From assembly GCA_964016885.1 (NCBI GenBank), contig OZ024748.1, forward strand, positions 36,704,001-36,768,000: 64,000 bases of DNA, given 5' to 3'. This DNA is from Eledone cirrhosa. Its lineage: Eukaryota. Position 1 is the stretch's first letter, and each line of letters starts with the position of its first letter. A program made the position numbers and the translations under genes. A model generated the notes under the pieces. That model was given only the letters and a program-made list of their open reading frames with translations, made no database searches and was not told the origin of the DNA. This document shows positions 28,770 to 45,640 of the stretch, piece by piece.

Positions 28770-31700
28770 ATCCTGTAACTATACCCTGCCTCAGAACACA
28801 TTACACCGTCCTGTAACTATACACTGCCTCACAACACATTAGACCATTCTGTAAGTATACGCTGCATCACAACACTTTAGACCATCCTCTAACTATACCC
28901 TTCCTCACAACACATTAGACCATTCTGTTATTATACCCGGCCTCACAACACATTAGATTATCCTGTAACTATATCCTACCCCACAACACATTAGACCATT
29001 CTGTAATTATAACTTGCCTCACAACACAGTAGATCATCCTGTAACTAAACCCTGCCTCACAACACATTAGACCATCCTGTAACTATATCCTACCCCACAA
29101 AACACTAGACCATTACGTAACTATACCTTGCCTCACAACATCTTAGATCATCCTGTAATTATACCTTGACTCACAACACATTAGACCATTCTGTAAATAT
29201 ACCCTGCCTCACAACATAGCCCATCCTGTAACTATATCCTACCCCACAACACATTAGACCATTCTGTAACTATACCTTGCCTCACAACACATTAGTTGAT
29301 CTTGTAACTATACCCTGCCTCACAACACATTAGACCATTCTGTAAATATACCCTGCCTCACAACACATTAGACCATTCTGTAAATATACCCTGCCTTACA
29401 ACACATTAGACCATTCTGTAACTATACCCAGCCTTAAAACACATTAGATAATCCTGTAACTATATCCTACCCCAAACCACATTAGAACATTCTGTAACTA
29501 TCACTTGCCTCACAACACATTAGATCACCCTGTAACTATACCCTGCCTCACAACACATTAGACCATTCTGTAAATATACCCTGCCTCACAACAGATTACA
29601 CCATTCTGTAACAATACCCTGCCTCACAACACATTACATCATCCTGTAACTATACCCTGCCACACAACACATTAGACCATCCTGTAACTATACCCTACCT
29701 CAGAACACATTAGACCATCCTGTAACTATACGCTGCCTCACAACACATTAGACTATTCTGTAACTATACCCTGCCTCACAACACATTAGACTATCCTGTA
29801 ACTATATCTTACCCCATAACACATTAGACCATCCTGTAACTATATCCTACCCCACAACACATTAGAACATCCTGTAATAATAACACTGCCTCACAACACA
29901 TTAGACCATTCTGTAAATATACCCTGCCTCAAAACACATTAGACCATCCTGTAACTATATACACCCCCACAACACATTAGACCATTATGTCACTATACCC
30001 TGCCTCACAACACATTAGACCTTTCTGTAAATATACCCTGCCTCACAACACATTAGACCGTTCCGTAACTATACCCTGCCTCACAACACATTGGACTATC
30101 CTGTAACTATATCCTACGCCATAACACATTAGAGCATCCTGTAACTATATCCTACCCCACAACACATTAGACCATTATGTACTATACCTTGACTCACAAC
30201 ACATTAGATCATCCTGTAACTATACCCTGCCTCACAACGCATTAGACCATTCTGTAAATATACCCTGCCTCACAACACATTAGACTATCCTGTAACTATA
30301 TCCTACCCCATAACACATTAGACCATCCTGTAACTATATCCTACCCCACAACACATTAGACTATCCTGTAACTATACCCTGCCTCACAACACATTAGACC
30401 ATCCTGTAACTATATCCTACCCACCAACACAGACCATTATGTAACTATACCTTGCCTCACAACACATTAGATCATCCTGTAACTATACCCTGCCTCACAA
30501 CACATTAGACCATTCTGTAAATATACCCTGCCTCACAACACATTAGACCATTATGTAACTATACCCTGCCGCACAACACATTAGACCATTCTGTAACTAT
30601 ACCCTGCCTCACAACACATTAGACCATCCTGTAACTATACCCTGCCTCACAACACATTAGACCATCCTGTAACTATATCCTACCCCACAACAAAGACCAT
30701 TATGTAACTATACCTTGCCTCACAACACATTAGATCATCCTGTAACTATACCCTGCCTCACAACACATTAGACCATTCTGTAACTATACCCTGCCTCACA
30801 ACACATTACACCCTCCTGTAACTATACCCTGCCTCACAACTCATTAGACCATCCTGTAACTATACCCTGCCTCAGAACACATTACACCGTCCTGTAACTA
30901 TACACTGCCTCACAACACATTAGACCATTCTGTAAGTATACGCTGCATCACAACACTTTAGACCATCCTCTAACTATACCCTTCCTCACAACACATTAGA
31001 CCATTCTGTTACTATACCCGGCCTCACAACACATTAGATTATCCTGTAACTATATCCTACCCCACAACACATTAGACCATTCTGTAATTATAACTTGCCT
31101 CACAACACTGTAGATCATCCTGTAACTAAACCCTGCCTCACAACACATTAGACCATCCTGTAACTATATCCTACCCCACAAAACATTAGACCATTACGTA
31201 ACTATACCTTGCCTCACAACATCTTAGATCATCCTGTAATTATACCTTGACTCACAACACATTAGACCATTCTGTAAATATACCCTGCCTCACAACATAG
31301 CCCATCCTGTAACTATATCCTACCCCACAACACATTAGACCATTCTGTAACTATACCTTGCCTCACAACACATTAGTTGATCCTGTAACTATACCCTGCC
31401 TCACAACACATTAGACCATTCTGTAAATATACCCTGCCTCACAACACATTAGACCATTCTGTAACTATACCCTGCCTCAAAACACATTAGATAATCCTGT
31501 AACTATATCCTACCCCAAACCACATTAGACCATTCTGTAACTATACCTTGCCTCACAACACATTAGTTGATCCTGTAACTATACCCTGCCTCACAACACA
31601 TTAGACCATTCTGTAAATATACCCTGCCTCACAACACATTAGACCATTCTGTAACTATACCCTGCCTCAAAACACATTAGATAATCCTGTAACTATATCC

Positions 31701-32970
31701 TACCCCAAACCACATTAGACCATTCTGTAACAATACCCTGCCTCACAACACATTACATCATCCTGTAACTATACCCTGCCACACAACACATTAGACCATC
31801 CTGTAACTATACCCTACCTCAGAACACATTAGACCATCCTGTAACTATACGCTGCCTCACAACACATTAGACCATTCTGTAACTATACCCTGCCTCACAA
31901 CACATTAGACTATCCTGTAACTATATCCTACCCCATAACACATTAGACCATCCTGTAACTATATCCTACCCCACAACACATTAGAACATCCTGTAATAAT
32001 AACACTGCCTCACAACACATTAGACCATTCTGTAAATATACCCTGCCGCAAAACACATTAGACCATCCTGTAACTATATACACCCCCACAACACATTAGA
32101 CCATTATGTCACTATACCCTGCCTCACAACACATTAGACCTTTCTGTAAATATACCCTGCCTCACAACACATTAGACCGTTCCGTAACTATACCCTGCCT
32201 CACAACACATTAGACTATCCTGTAACTATATCCTACGCCATAACACATTAGAGCATCCTGTAACTATATCCTACCCCACAACACATTAGACCATTATGTA
32301 CTATACCTTGACTCACAACACATTAGATCATCCTGTAACTATACCCTGCCTCACAACGCATTAGACCATTCTGTAAATATACCCTGCCTCACAACACATT
32401 AGACTATCCTGTAACTATATCTTACCCCATAACACATTAGACCATCCTGTAACTATATCCTACCCCACAACACATTAGACTATCCTGTAACTATACCCTG
32501 CCTCACAACACATTAGACCATCCTGTAACTATATCCTACCCACCAACACAGACCATTATGTAACTATACCTTGCCTCACAACACATTAGATCATCCTGTA
32601 ACTATACCCTGCCTCACAACACATTAGACCATTCTGTAAATATACCCTGCCTCACAACACATTAGAGCATTATGTAACTATACCCTGCCGCACAACACAT
32701 TAGACCATTCTGTAACTATACCCTGCCTCACAACACATTAGACCATCCTGTAACTATACCCTGCCTCACAACACATTAGACCATCCTGTAACTATATCCT
32801 ACCCCACAACAAAGACCATTATGTAACTATACCTTGCCTCACAACACATTAGATCATCCTGTAACTATACCCTGCCTCACAACACATTAGACCATTCTGT
32901 AACTATACCCTGCCTCACAACACATTACACCCTCCTGTAACTATACCCTGCCTCACAACTCATTAGACCA
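28770..32970. repeat. Tandem duplication of about 2.1 kb
   Basis: TCAGAACACATTACACCGTCCTGTAACTATACACTG at 28791 and 30872 (offset 2081); CACCAACACAGACC at 30422 and 32541 (offset 2119). Rare variants AACATAGCCC, AGTTGATC and AATAATAACAC are shared. Confidence 0.85.
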
Positions 32971-35900
32971 TCCTGTAACTATATCCTACCCCACAACACT
33001 TTAGACCATCCTGTAACTATACCCTGCCTCACAACATATTAGACCATCCTGTAACTATATCCTACCCCACAACACATTAGACCATCCTGTAACTATACCC
33101 TGCCTCACAACACATTAGACCATTATGTGACTATACCCTGCTTCACAACACATTAGACCGTCCTGTAATTATATCCTACCCCACAACACATTAGACCATT
33201 CTGTAACTATACCTTGCCTCACAACACACTAGATCATCCTGTAACTATACCCTGCCTCGCAACACGTTAGACCATTCTGTAAAGATACCCTGCCTCACAA
33301 CACATTACACCATTCTGTAACTATACCCTGCCATACAAAACATTAGATCATCCTGTAACTATATCCTACCCCACAACAAATTAGATCATCCTGTAACTAT
33401 ACCCTGCCTCGCAACACATTAGACCATGCTGTAAAGATACCCTGCCTCACAACACATTAGACCATTCTGTAACTATACCCTGCCCATAAAGCATTAGATC
33501 ATCCTGTAACTATATCCTACCCCACAACATATTAGACCATTCTGTAACTAGACCTTCCCTCACAACACATTAGATCATCCTGTAACTATACCCTGCCTCA
33601 CAACACATTAGTCTATGCTGTAACTTTATCCTACCCCATAACATATTATACCATTCTTTAACTATATCCTACCCCACAACACATTAGACCATCCTGTAAA
33701 TCTACCCTGCCTCAAAACACATTAGACCATCCTGTAACTATACCCTGCCTCACAACACATTAGACCATTCTGTAACTATACCCTGCCTCACAACACATTA
33801 GCCCATCCTGTAACTTTACCCTGCCTCACAACACATCAGACCATCCTGTGACTATATCCTATCCCACAACACAGACCATTCTGTAACTCTACCTTGCCTT
33901 ACAACACATTAGACCATTCTGTAAATATACCCTGCCTCACAACACGTTAGACCATCCTGTAACTATATCCTATCCCACAACACATTAGACCATTATGTCA
34001 CTATACCCTGCCTCACAACACATTAGACCGTTCCGTAACTATACCCTGCCTCACAACACATTAGACTATCCTGTAACTATATCCTACGCCATAACACATT
34101 AGAGCATCCTGTAACTATATCCTACCCCACAACACATTAGACCATTATGTACTATACCTTGACTCACAACACATTACATCATCCTGTAACTATACCCTGC
34201 CTCACAACGCATTAGACCATTCTGTAAATATACCCTGCCTCACAACACATTAGACTATCCTGTAACTATATCCTACCCCATAACACATTAGACCATCCTG
34301 TAACTATATCCTACCCCACAACACATTAGACTATCCTGTAACTATACCCTGCCTCACAACACATTAGACCATCCTGTAACTATATCCTACCCACCAACAC
34401 AGACCATTATGTAACTATACCTTGCCTCACAACACATTAGATCATCCTGTAACTATACCCTGCCTCACAACACATTAGACCATTCTGTAAATATACCCTG
34501 CCTCACAACACATTAGACCATTATGTAACTATACCCTGCCGCACAACACATTAGACCATTCTGTAACTATACCCTGCCTCACAACACATTAGACCATCCT
34601 GTAACTATACCCTGCCTCACAACACATTAGACCATCCTGTAACTATATCCTACCCCACAACAAAGACCATTATGTAACTATACCTTGCCTCACAACACAT
34701 TAGATCATCCTGTAACTATACCCTGCCTCACAACACATTAGACCATTCTGTAACTATACCCTGCCTCACAACACATTACACCCTCCTGTAACTATACCCT
34801 GCCTCACAACTCATTAGACCATCCCGTAACTATATCCTACCCCACAACACTTTAGACCATCCTGTAACTATACCCTGCCTCACAACATATTAGACCATCC
34901 TGTAACTATATCCTACCCCACAACACATTAGACCATCCTGTAACTATACCCTGCCTCACAACACATTAGACCATTATGTGACTATACCCTGCTTCACAAC
35001 ACATTAGACCGTCCTGTAATTATATCCTACCCCACAACACATTAGACCATTCTGTAACTATACCTTGCCTCACAACACATTAGATCATCCTGTAACTATA
35101 CCCTGCCTCGCAACACGTTAGACCATTCTGTAAAGATACCCTGCCTCACAACACATTACACCATTCTGTAACTATACCCTGCCATACAAAACATTAGATC
35201 ATCCTGTAACTATATCCTACCCCACAACAAATTAGATCATCCTGTAACTATACCCTGCCTCGCAACACATTAGACCATGCTGTAAAGATACCCTGCCTCA
35301 CAACACATTAGACCATTCTGTAACTATACCCTGCCCATAAAGCATTAGAGCATCCTGTAACTATATCCTACCCCACAACACATTAGACCATTCTGTAACT
35401 AGACCTTCCCTCACAACACATTAGATCATCCTGTAACTATACCCTGCCTCACAACACATTAGTCTATGCTGTAACTTTATCCTACCCCATAACATATTAT
35501 ACCATTCTTTAACTATATCCTACCCCACAACACATTAGACCATCCTGTAAATCTACCCTGCCTCAAAACACATTAGACCATCCTGTAACTATACCCTGCC
35601 TCACAACACATTAGACCATTCTGTAACTATACCCTGCCTCACAACACATTAGCCCATCCTGTAACTTTACCCTGCCTCACAACACATCAGACCATCCTGT
35701 GACTATATCCTATCCCACAACACAGACCATTCTGTAACTCTACCTTGCCTTACAACACATTAGACCATTCTGTAAATATACCCTGCCTCACAACACGTTA
35801 GACCATCCTGTAACTATATCCTATCCCACAACACATTAGACCATTATGTCACTATACCCTGCCTCACAACACATTAGACCGTTCCGTAACTATACCCTGC

Positions 35901-37680
35901 CTCACAACACATTAGACTATCCTGTAACTATATCCTACGCCATAACACATTAGAGCATCCTGTAACTATATCCTACCCCACAACACATTAGACCATTATG
36001 TACTATACCTTGACTCACAACACATTAGATCATCCTGTAACTATACACTGCCTCACAAGGCATTAGACCATTCTGTAAATATACCCTGCCTCACAACACA
36101 TTAGACTATCCTGTAACTATATCCTACCCCATAACACATTAGACCATCCTGTAACTATATCCTACCCCACAACACATTAGACTATCCTGTAACTATACCC
36201 TGCCTCACAACACATTAGACCATCCTGTAACTATATACTACCCCACAACACAGACCATTATGTAACTATACCTTGCCTCACAACACATTAGATCATCCTG
36301 TAACTATACCCTGCCTCACAACACGTTAGACCATTCTGTAAATACACCCTGCCTCACAACACATTAGACCATTATGTAACTATATGCTGCCGCACGACAC
36401 ATTAGACCATTCTGTAACTATACCCTGCCTCACAACACATTAGACCATCCTGTAACTATACCCTGCCTCACAACACATTAGACCATCCTGTAACTATATC
36501 CTACCCCACAACAAAGACCATTATGTAACTATACCTTGCCTCACAACACATTAGATCATCCTGTAACTATACCCTGCCTCACAACACATTAGACCATTCT
36601 GTAACTATACCCTGCCTCACAACACATTACACCCTCCTGTAACTATACCCTGCCTCACAACTCATTAGACCATCCTGTAACTATATCCTACCCACAACAC
36701 TTTAGACCATCCTGTAACTATACCCTGCCTCACAACACATTAGACCATCCTGTAACTATATCCTACCCCACAACACATTAGACCATCCTGTAACTATACC
36801 CTGCCTCACAACACATTAGACCATTATGTGAATATCCCCTGCTTCACAACACATTAGACCATCCTGTAATTATATCCTACCCCACAACACATTAGATCAT
36901 CCTGTAACTATACTCTGCCTCGCAACACGTTAGACCATTCTGTAAAGATACCCTGCCTCACAACACATTACACCATTCTGTAACTATACCCTGCCATACA
37001 AAACATTAGATCATCCTGTAACTATATCCTACCCCACAACACATTAGATCATCCTGTATCTATACCCTGCCTTGCAACACATTAGACCATGCTGTAAAGA
37101 TACCCTGCCTCACAACACATTAGACCATTCTGTAACTATACCCTGCCCCACAAAACATTAGATCATCCTCTAACTATATCCTACCCCACAACACATTAGA
37201 CCATTCTGTAACTAGACCTTCCCTCACAACACATTAGATCATCCTGTAACTATACCCTGCCTCACAACACATTAGTCTATGCTGTAACTTTATCCTACCC
37301 CATAACATATTAGACCATACTTTAACTATATCCTACCCCACAAAACTTTAGACCATTCTGTAAATCTACCCTGCCTCAAAACACATTAGACCATCCTGTA
37401 ACCTACCCTGCCTCACAACACATTAGACCATTCTGTAACTATACCCTGCCTCACAACACATTAGCCCATCCTGTAACTTTACCCTGCCTCACAACACATC
37501 AGACCATCCTGTGACTATATCCTATCCCACAACACACACCATTCTGTAACTATACCTTGCCTTACAACATATTAGATAATCCTTTAACTATACCCTGACT
37601 CACAACACATTAGACCATTCTGTAAATATACCCTGCCTCACAACACGTTAGACCATCCTGTAACTATATCCTATCCCACA
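32175..37680. repeat. Local HOR of about 1,851 bp (about 49 monomers), three copies
   Basis: GACCGTTCCG at 32175, 34026 and 35877 (offsets 1851, 1851); GTCTATGCTG at 33611, 35462 and 37275 (offsets 1851, 1813). The third copy is more diverged and one monomer shorter. Confidence 0.88.
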
Positions 37681-40600
37681 ACACGTTAGACCATTCTGTA
37701 ACTATACCTTGCCTCACAACACATTAGATCATCCTGTAACTATACCCTGCCTCACAACACATTAGACCATTCTGTAAATATACCCTGCCTCACAACACAT
37801 TAGACCATTCTGTAACTATACCCTGCCTCACAACACATTAGATCATCCTGTAAATATATCCTACCGCAAAACACATTAGACCATTCTGTAACTATACCTT
37901 GCCTCACAACACATTAGATCACCCTGTAACTATACCCTGCCTCACAACACATTAGACCATTCTGTAAATATACCCTGCCTCACAACACATTAGACCATTC
38001 TGTAACGATACCCTGCCTCACAACACATTAGAACATCCTGTAACTATACCCTGCCACACAACACATTAGACCATCCTGTAACTATACCCTGCCTCAGAAC
38101 ACATTACACCGTCCTGTAACTATACGCTGACTCACAACACATTAGACCATTCTATAAGTATACCCTGCATCACAACACTTTAGACCGTCCTCTAACTATA
38201 CCCTTCCTCACAACACATTAGACCATTCTGTTACTATACCCTGCCTCACAACACATTAGATTATCCTGTAACTATATCCTACCCCACAACACATTAGACC
38301 ATTCTGTAAGTATACCTTGCCTCACAACACAGTAGATCATCCTGTAACTAAACCCTGCCTCTCAACACATTAGACCATCCTGTAACTATATCCTACCCCA
38401 CAAAACATTAGACCATTCTGTAACTATACCTTGCCTCACAACATATTAGATCATCCTGTAATTATACCCTGACTCACAACACATTAGACCATTCTGTAAA
38501 TATACCCAGCCTCACAACACAGACCATCCTGTAACTATATCCTACCCCACAACACATTAGACCAATCTGTAACTATACCTTGCCTCACAACACATTAGAT
38601 CATCCTGTAACTATACCCTGCCTCACAACACATAAGACCATTCTGTAAATATACCCTGCCTCACAAATCATTAGACCATTCTGTAAATATACCCTGCCTC
38701 ACAACACATTAGACCATTCTGTAACTATACCCTGCCTCAAAACACATTAGATCATCCTGTAACTATATCCTACCCCAAAACACATTAGACCATTCTGTAA
38801 CAATACCTTGCCTCACAACACATTAGATCACCCTGTAACTATACCCTGTCTCACAACACATTAGACCATTCTGTAAATATACCCTGCCTCACAACAGATT
38901 AGACCATTCTGTAACAATACCCTGCCTCACAACACATTAGATCATCCTGTAACTATACCCTGCCACACAACACATTAGACCATCCTGTAACTATACCCTA
39001 ACTCAGAACACATTAGACCATCCTGTAACTATACTCTGCCTCACAACACATTAGACCATTCTGTAACTATACCCTGCCTCACAACATATTAGACTATCCT
39101 GTAACTATATCCTACCCCATAACACATTAGACCATCCTGTAACTATATCCTACACCACAACACATTAGACCATCCTGTAACTATAACACTGCCTCACAAC
39201 ACATTAGACCATTCTGCAACTATACCCTGCCTCAAAACACATTAGACCATCCTGTAACTATATACAACCCCACAACACATTAGACCATTATGTAAATATA
39301 CCCTGCCTCACAACACATTAGACCATTCTGTAAATATACCATGCCTCACAACACATTAGACTATCCTGTAACTATATCCTACCCCATAACACATTAGACC
39401 ATTATGTACTATACCTTGACTCACAACACATTAGATCATCCTGTAATTATACCCTGCCTCACAACACATTAGACCATTCTGTAAATATACCCTGCCTCAC
39501 AACACATTAGACCATTATGTAACTATACCATGCCGCACAACACATTAGACCATTCTGTAACTATACTCTCCCTCACAACACATTAGACCATCCTGTAACT
39601 ATACCCTGCCCTACAACACATTAGACCATCCTGTAACTATATCCTACCCCACAACACAGACCATTATGTAACTATACCTTGCCTCACAACACATTAGATC
39701 ATCCTGTAACTATACCCTGCCTCACAACACATTAGACCATTCTGTAACTATACGCTGCCTCACAACACATTAGACCCTCCTGTAACTATACCATGCCTCA
39801 CAACTCATTAGACCATCCTGTAACTATATCCTACCCCACAACACAGACCATTATGTGACTATACCCTGCTTCACAACACATTAGACCATCCTGTAATTAT
39901 ATCCTACCCCACAACACATTAGACAATTCTGTAACTATACCTTGCCTCACAACACATTAGATCATCCTGTAACTATACCCTGCCTCGCAACACATTAGAC
40001 CATGCTGTAAAGATACCCTGCCTCACAACACATTAGACCATTCTGTAACTATACCCTGCCCCACAAAACATTAGATCATCCTGTAACTATATCCTACCCC
40101 ACAACACATTAGACCATTCTGTAACTAGACCTTCCCTCACAACACATTAGATCATCCTGTAACTATACCCTGCCTCACAACACATTAGTCTATGCTGTAA
40201 CTTTATCCTACCTCATAACATATTAGACCATCCTTTAACTATATCCTACCCCACAACACATTAGACCATCCTGTAGCTCTACCCTGCCTCAAAACACATT
40301 AGACCATCCTGTAACTATATACAACCCAACAACACATTAGACCATTCTGTAAATATACCCTGCCTCACAACACATTAGACCGTTCCGTAACTATACCCTG
40401 CCTCACAACACATTAGACTATCCTGTAACTATATCCTACGCCATAACACATTAGAGCATCCTGTAACTATATCCTACCCCACAACACAGGCCATTATGTA
40501 TCTATACCTTGCCTCACAACACATTAGATCATTCTGTAACTATCCCCTGCCTCACAACAGATTGGACCATTCTGTAAATATACCCTGCCTCACAACACAT

Positions 40601-43059
40601 TAGAGCATCCTGTAACTATACCCTGCCGCACAACACATTAGACCATTCTGTAACTATACCTTGCCTCACAACATTAGATCATCCTGTAACTATACCCTGC
40701 CTCACAACACATTAGACCATTCTGTAACTATACCCTGCCTCACAACACATTAGCCCATTCTGTAACTATACCCTGCCTCACAACACATTAGATCATCCTG
40801 TAACTATATCCTACCCCAAAACACGTTAGACCATTCTGTAACTATACCTTGCCTCACAATAAATTAGATCACCCTGTAACTATACCCTGCATCACAACAC
40901 ATTAGACCATTCTGTAAATATACCCTGCCTCACAACACATTAGACCATTCTGTAACAATACCCTGCCTCACAACACATTAGATCATCCTGTAACTATACC
41001 CTGCCACACAACACATTAGACCATCCTGTAACTATACCCTGCCTCGCAACACATTAGACCATTCTGTAAATATACCCTGCCTCACAACACATTAGAGCGT
41101 TCCGTAACTATACCCTGCCTCACAACACATTAGACTATCCTGTAACTATATCCTACCGCATAACACATTAGACCATCCTGTAACTATATCCTACCCCACA
41201 ACACATTAGACCATCCTGTAACTATACCCTGCCTCACAACACATTAGACCATCCTGTAACTATATCCTACCCCACAACACAGACCATTATGTAACTATAC
41301 CTTGCCTCACAATACATTAGATCATCCTGTAACTATACCCTGCCTCACAACACATTAGACCATTCTGTAACAATACCCTTTCTCACAACACATTAGACCA
41401 TCCTGTAACTATATCCTACCCCACAACACTTTAGACCATCCTGTAACTATACCCTGCCTCACAACACATTAGACCATCCTGTAACTATATCCTACCCCAC
41501 AACACATTAGACCATCCTGTAACTATACCCTGCCTCACAACACATTAGACCATTATGTAACTATACCCTGCTTCACAACACATTAGACCATCCTGTAACT
41601 ATATCCTACCCCACAACACATTAGACCATTCTGTAACTATACCTTGCCTCACAACCCATTAGATCATCCTGTAACTATACCCTGCCTCGCAACACATTAG
41701 ACCATTCTGTAAAGATACCCTGCCTCACAACACATTACACCATTCTGTAACTATACCTGCCCCACAAAACATTAGATCATCCTGTAACTATATCCTACCC
41801 CACAACACGTTAGATCATCCTGTAACTATACCCTGCCTCGCAACACATTAGACCATTCTGTAAGTATAACCTGCCCCACAAAACATTAGATCATCCGGTA
41901 ACTATATCCTACCCCACAACACATTAGACCATTCTGTAACTAGACCTTCCCTCACAACACATTAGATCATCCTGTAACTATACCCTGCCTCACAACCCAT
42001 TAGACCATTCTGTAACTATACCCTGCCTCACAACATATTAGAATATCCTGTAACTATATCCTAACTCACAACACTTTAGACCATCCTGTAACTATACCCT
42101 GCCTCACAACACATTAGACCATTCTGTAAATATACCCTGTCTCACAACACATTAGACTATGCTGTAACTTTATCCTACCCCATAACATATTAGACCGTCC
42201 TTTAACTATATCCTACCCCACAACACATTAGAGCATCCTGTAACTATAACCTGCCTCAAAACATATTAGACCATCCTGTAACTATACCCTGCCTCACAAC
42301 ACATTAGACCATCCTGTAACTATATCCCACCCCACAACACAGACCATTATGTATCTATACCTTGCCTCACAACACATTAGATCATCCTGTAACTATACCC
42401 TTACTCACAACACATTAGACCATTCTGTAAATATACCCTGCCTCACAACACATTAGACAATCCTGTAACTATATCCTACCCCAAAACTCATTAGACCATT
42501 CTGTAACTATACCTTGCCTCACAACACATTATACCATTATGTAACTATACCCTGCTTCACAACCCATTAGACCATCCTGTAACTATACGCTGCCTCGCAA
42601 CACATTAGACCATTCTGTAAAGATACCCTGCCTCACAACACATTAGACCATTCTGTAACTATACCCTGCCTCACAACACATTAGATCATCCTGTAACTAT
42701 ACCCTGCCACACAACACATTAGACCATCCTGTAACTATACCTTGCCTCACAACACATTATACCATTCTGTAAATATACCCTGCCTCACTACACATTAGAC
42801 CGTTCCGTAACTATACCCTGCCTCACAAAACATTAGACTATCCTGTAACTATATCCTACCCCATAACACATTAGACCATCTTGTAACTAGATCCTAGCCC
42901 ACAACACATTAGACCATCCTGTAACTATACCCTGCCTCACAACACATTAGACCATCCTGTAACTATATCCTACCCCACAACACAGACCATTATGTAACTA
43001 TACCTTGCCTCACAATACATTAGATCATCCTGTAAATATACCCTGCCTCACAACACATT

Positions 43060-45640
43060 AGACCATTCTGTAACTATACCCTGCCTCACAACACATTAGA
43101 CCCTCCTGTAACTATACCCTGCCTCACAACTCGTTAGACCATCCTGTAACTATATCCTACCCCACAACACTTTAGACCATCCTGTAACTATACCCTGCCT
43201 CACAACACATTAGACCATCCTGTAACTATAACCTACCCCACAACACATTAGACCATCCTGTAACTATACCCTGCCTCACAACACATTAGACGATCCTGTA
43301 ACTATATCCTACCCCACAACACATTAGACCATCCTGTAACTATACCCTGCTTCACAACACATTAGACCATCCTGTAACTATACGCTGCCTCGCAACACAC
43401 TAGACCATTCTGCAAAGATACCCTGCCTCACAACACATTAGACCATTCTGTAACTATACCCTGCCTCACAACACATTAGATCATCCTGTAACTATATCCT
43501 ACCCCAAAACACATTAAACCATTCTGTAACTATACCTTGCCTCACAACAAATTAGATCACCCTGTAACTATACCCTGCATCACAACACGTTAGACCATTC
43601 TGTAAACATACCCTGCCTCACAACACATTAGACCATTCTGTAACAATACCCTGCCTCACAACACATTAGATCATCCTGTAACTATAGCCTGCCACACAAC
43701 ACATTAGACCATCCTGTAACTATACCCTGCCTCGCAACACATTAGACCATTCTGTAAATATACCCTGCCTCACAACACATTAGAGCGTTCCGTAACTATA
43801 CCTTGCCTCACAATACATTAGACTATCCTGTAACTATATCCTACCCCATAACACATTAGACCATCCTGTAATTATATCCTACCCCACAACACATTAGACC
43901 ATCCTGTAACTATACCCTGCCTCACAACACATTAGACCATCCTGTAACTATATCCTACCCCACAACACAGACCATTATGTAACTATACCTTGCCTCACAA
44001 TACATTAGATCATCCTGTAACTATACCCTGCCTCACAACGCATTAGACCATTCTGTAACTATACCCTGCCTCACAACACATTAGACCATCCTGTAACTAT
44101 ACCCTTTCTCACAACACATTAGACCATCCTGTAACTATATCCTACCCCACAACACTTTAGACCATCCTGTAACTATACCCTGCCTCACAACACATTAGAC
44201 CATCCTGTAACTATATCCTACCCCACAACACATTAGACCATCCTGTAACTATACCCTGCCTAACAACACATTAGACCATTATGTAACTATACCCTGCTTC
44301 ACAACACATTAGACCATCCTGTAACTATATCCTACCCCACAACACATTAGACCATTCTGTAACTATACCCTGCCTCACAACACATTAGACCCTCCTGTAA
44401 CTATACCCTGCCTCACAACTCGTTAGACCATCCTGTAACTATATCCTACCCCACAACACTTTAGACCATCCTGTAACTATACCCTGCCTCACAACACATT
44501 AGACCATCCTGTAACTATATCCTACCCCACAACACATTAGACCATCCTGTAACTATACCCTGCCTCACAACACATTAGACGATCCTGTAACTATATCCTA
44601 CCCCACAACACATTAGACCATCCTGTAACTATACCCTGCTTCACAACACATTAGACCATCCTGTAACTATACGCTGCCTCGCAACACACTAGACCATTCT
44701 GCAAAGATACCCTGCCTCACAACACATTAGACCATTCTGTAACTATGCCCTGCCTCACAACACATTAGATCATCCTGTAACTATATCCTACCCCAAAACA
44801 CATTAAACCATTCTGTAACTATACCTTGCCTCACAACAAATTAGATCACCCTGTAACTATACCCTGCATCACAACACGTTAGACCATTCTGTAAATATAC
44901 CCTGCCTCACAACACATTAGACCATTCTGTAACAATACCCTGCCTCACAACACATTAGATCATCCTGTAACTATAGCCTGCCACACAACACATTAGACCA
45001 TCCTGTAACTATACCCTGCCTCGCAACACATTAGACCATTCTGTAAATATACCCTGCCTCACAACACATTAGAGCCTTCCGTAACTATACCTTGCCTCAC
45101 AATACATTAGACTATCCTGTAACTATATCCTACCCCATAACACATTAGACCATCCTGTAATTATATCCTACCCCACAACACATTAGACCATCCTGTAACT
45201 ATACCCTGCCTCACAACACATTAGACCATCCTGTAACTATATCCTACCCCACAACACAGACCATTATGTAACTATACCTTGCCTCACAATACATTAGATC
45301 ATCCTGTAACTATACCCTGCCTCACAACGCATTAGACCATTCTGTAACTATACCCTGCCTCACAACACATTAGACCATCCTGTAACTATACCCTTTCTCA
45401 CAACACATTAGACCATCCTGTAACTATATCCTACCCCACAACACTTTAGACCATCCTGTAACTATACCCTGCCTCACAACACATTAGACCATCCTGTAAC
45501 TATATCCTACCCCACAACACATTAGACCATCCTGTAACTATACCCTGCCTAACAACACATTAGACCATTATGTAAATATACCCTGCTTCACAACACATTA
45601 GACCATCCTGTAACTATATCCTACCCCACAACACATTAGA
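43060..45640. repeat. Tandem duplication of 1,289 bp (34 monomers)
   Basis: CCCTCCTG…AACTCGTTAG at 43101 and 44390 (offset 1289 = 34x38-3). GACGATCC, CACTAGACCATTCTGCAAAGATA and ATTAAACC are shared. Confidence 0.88.
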
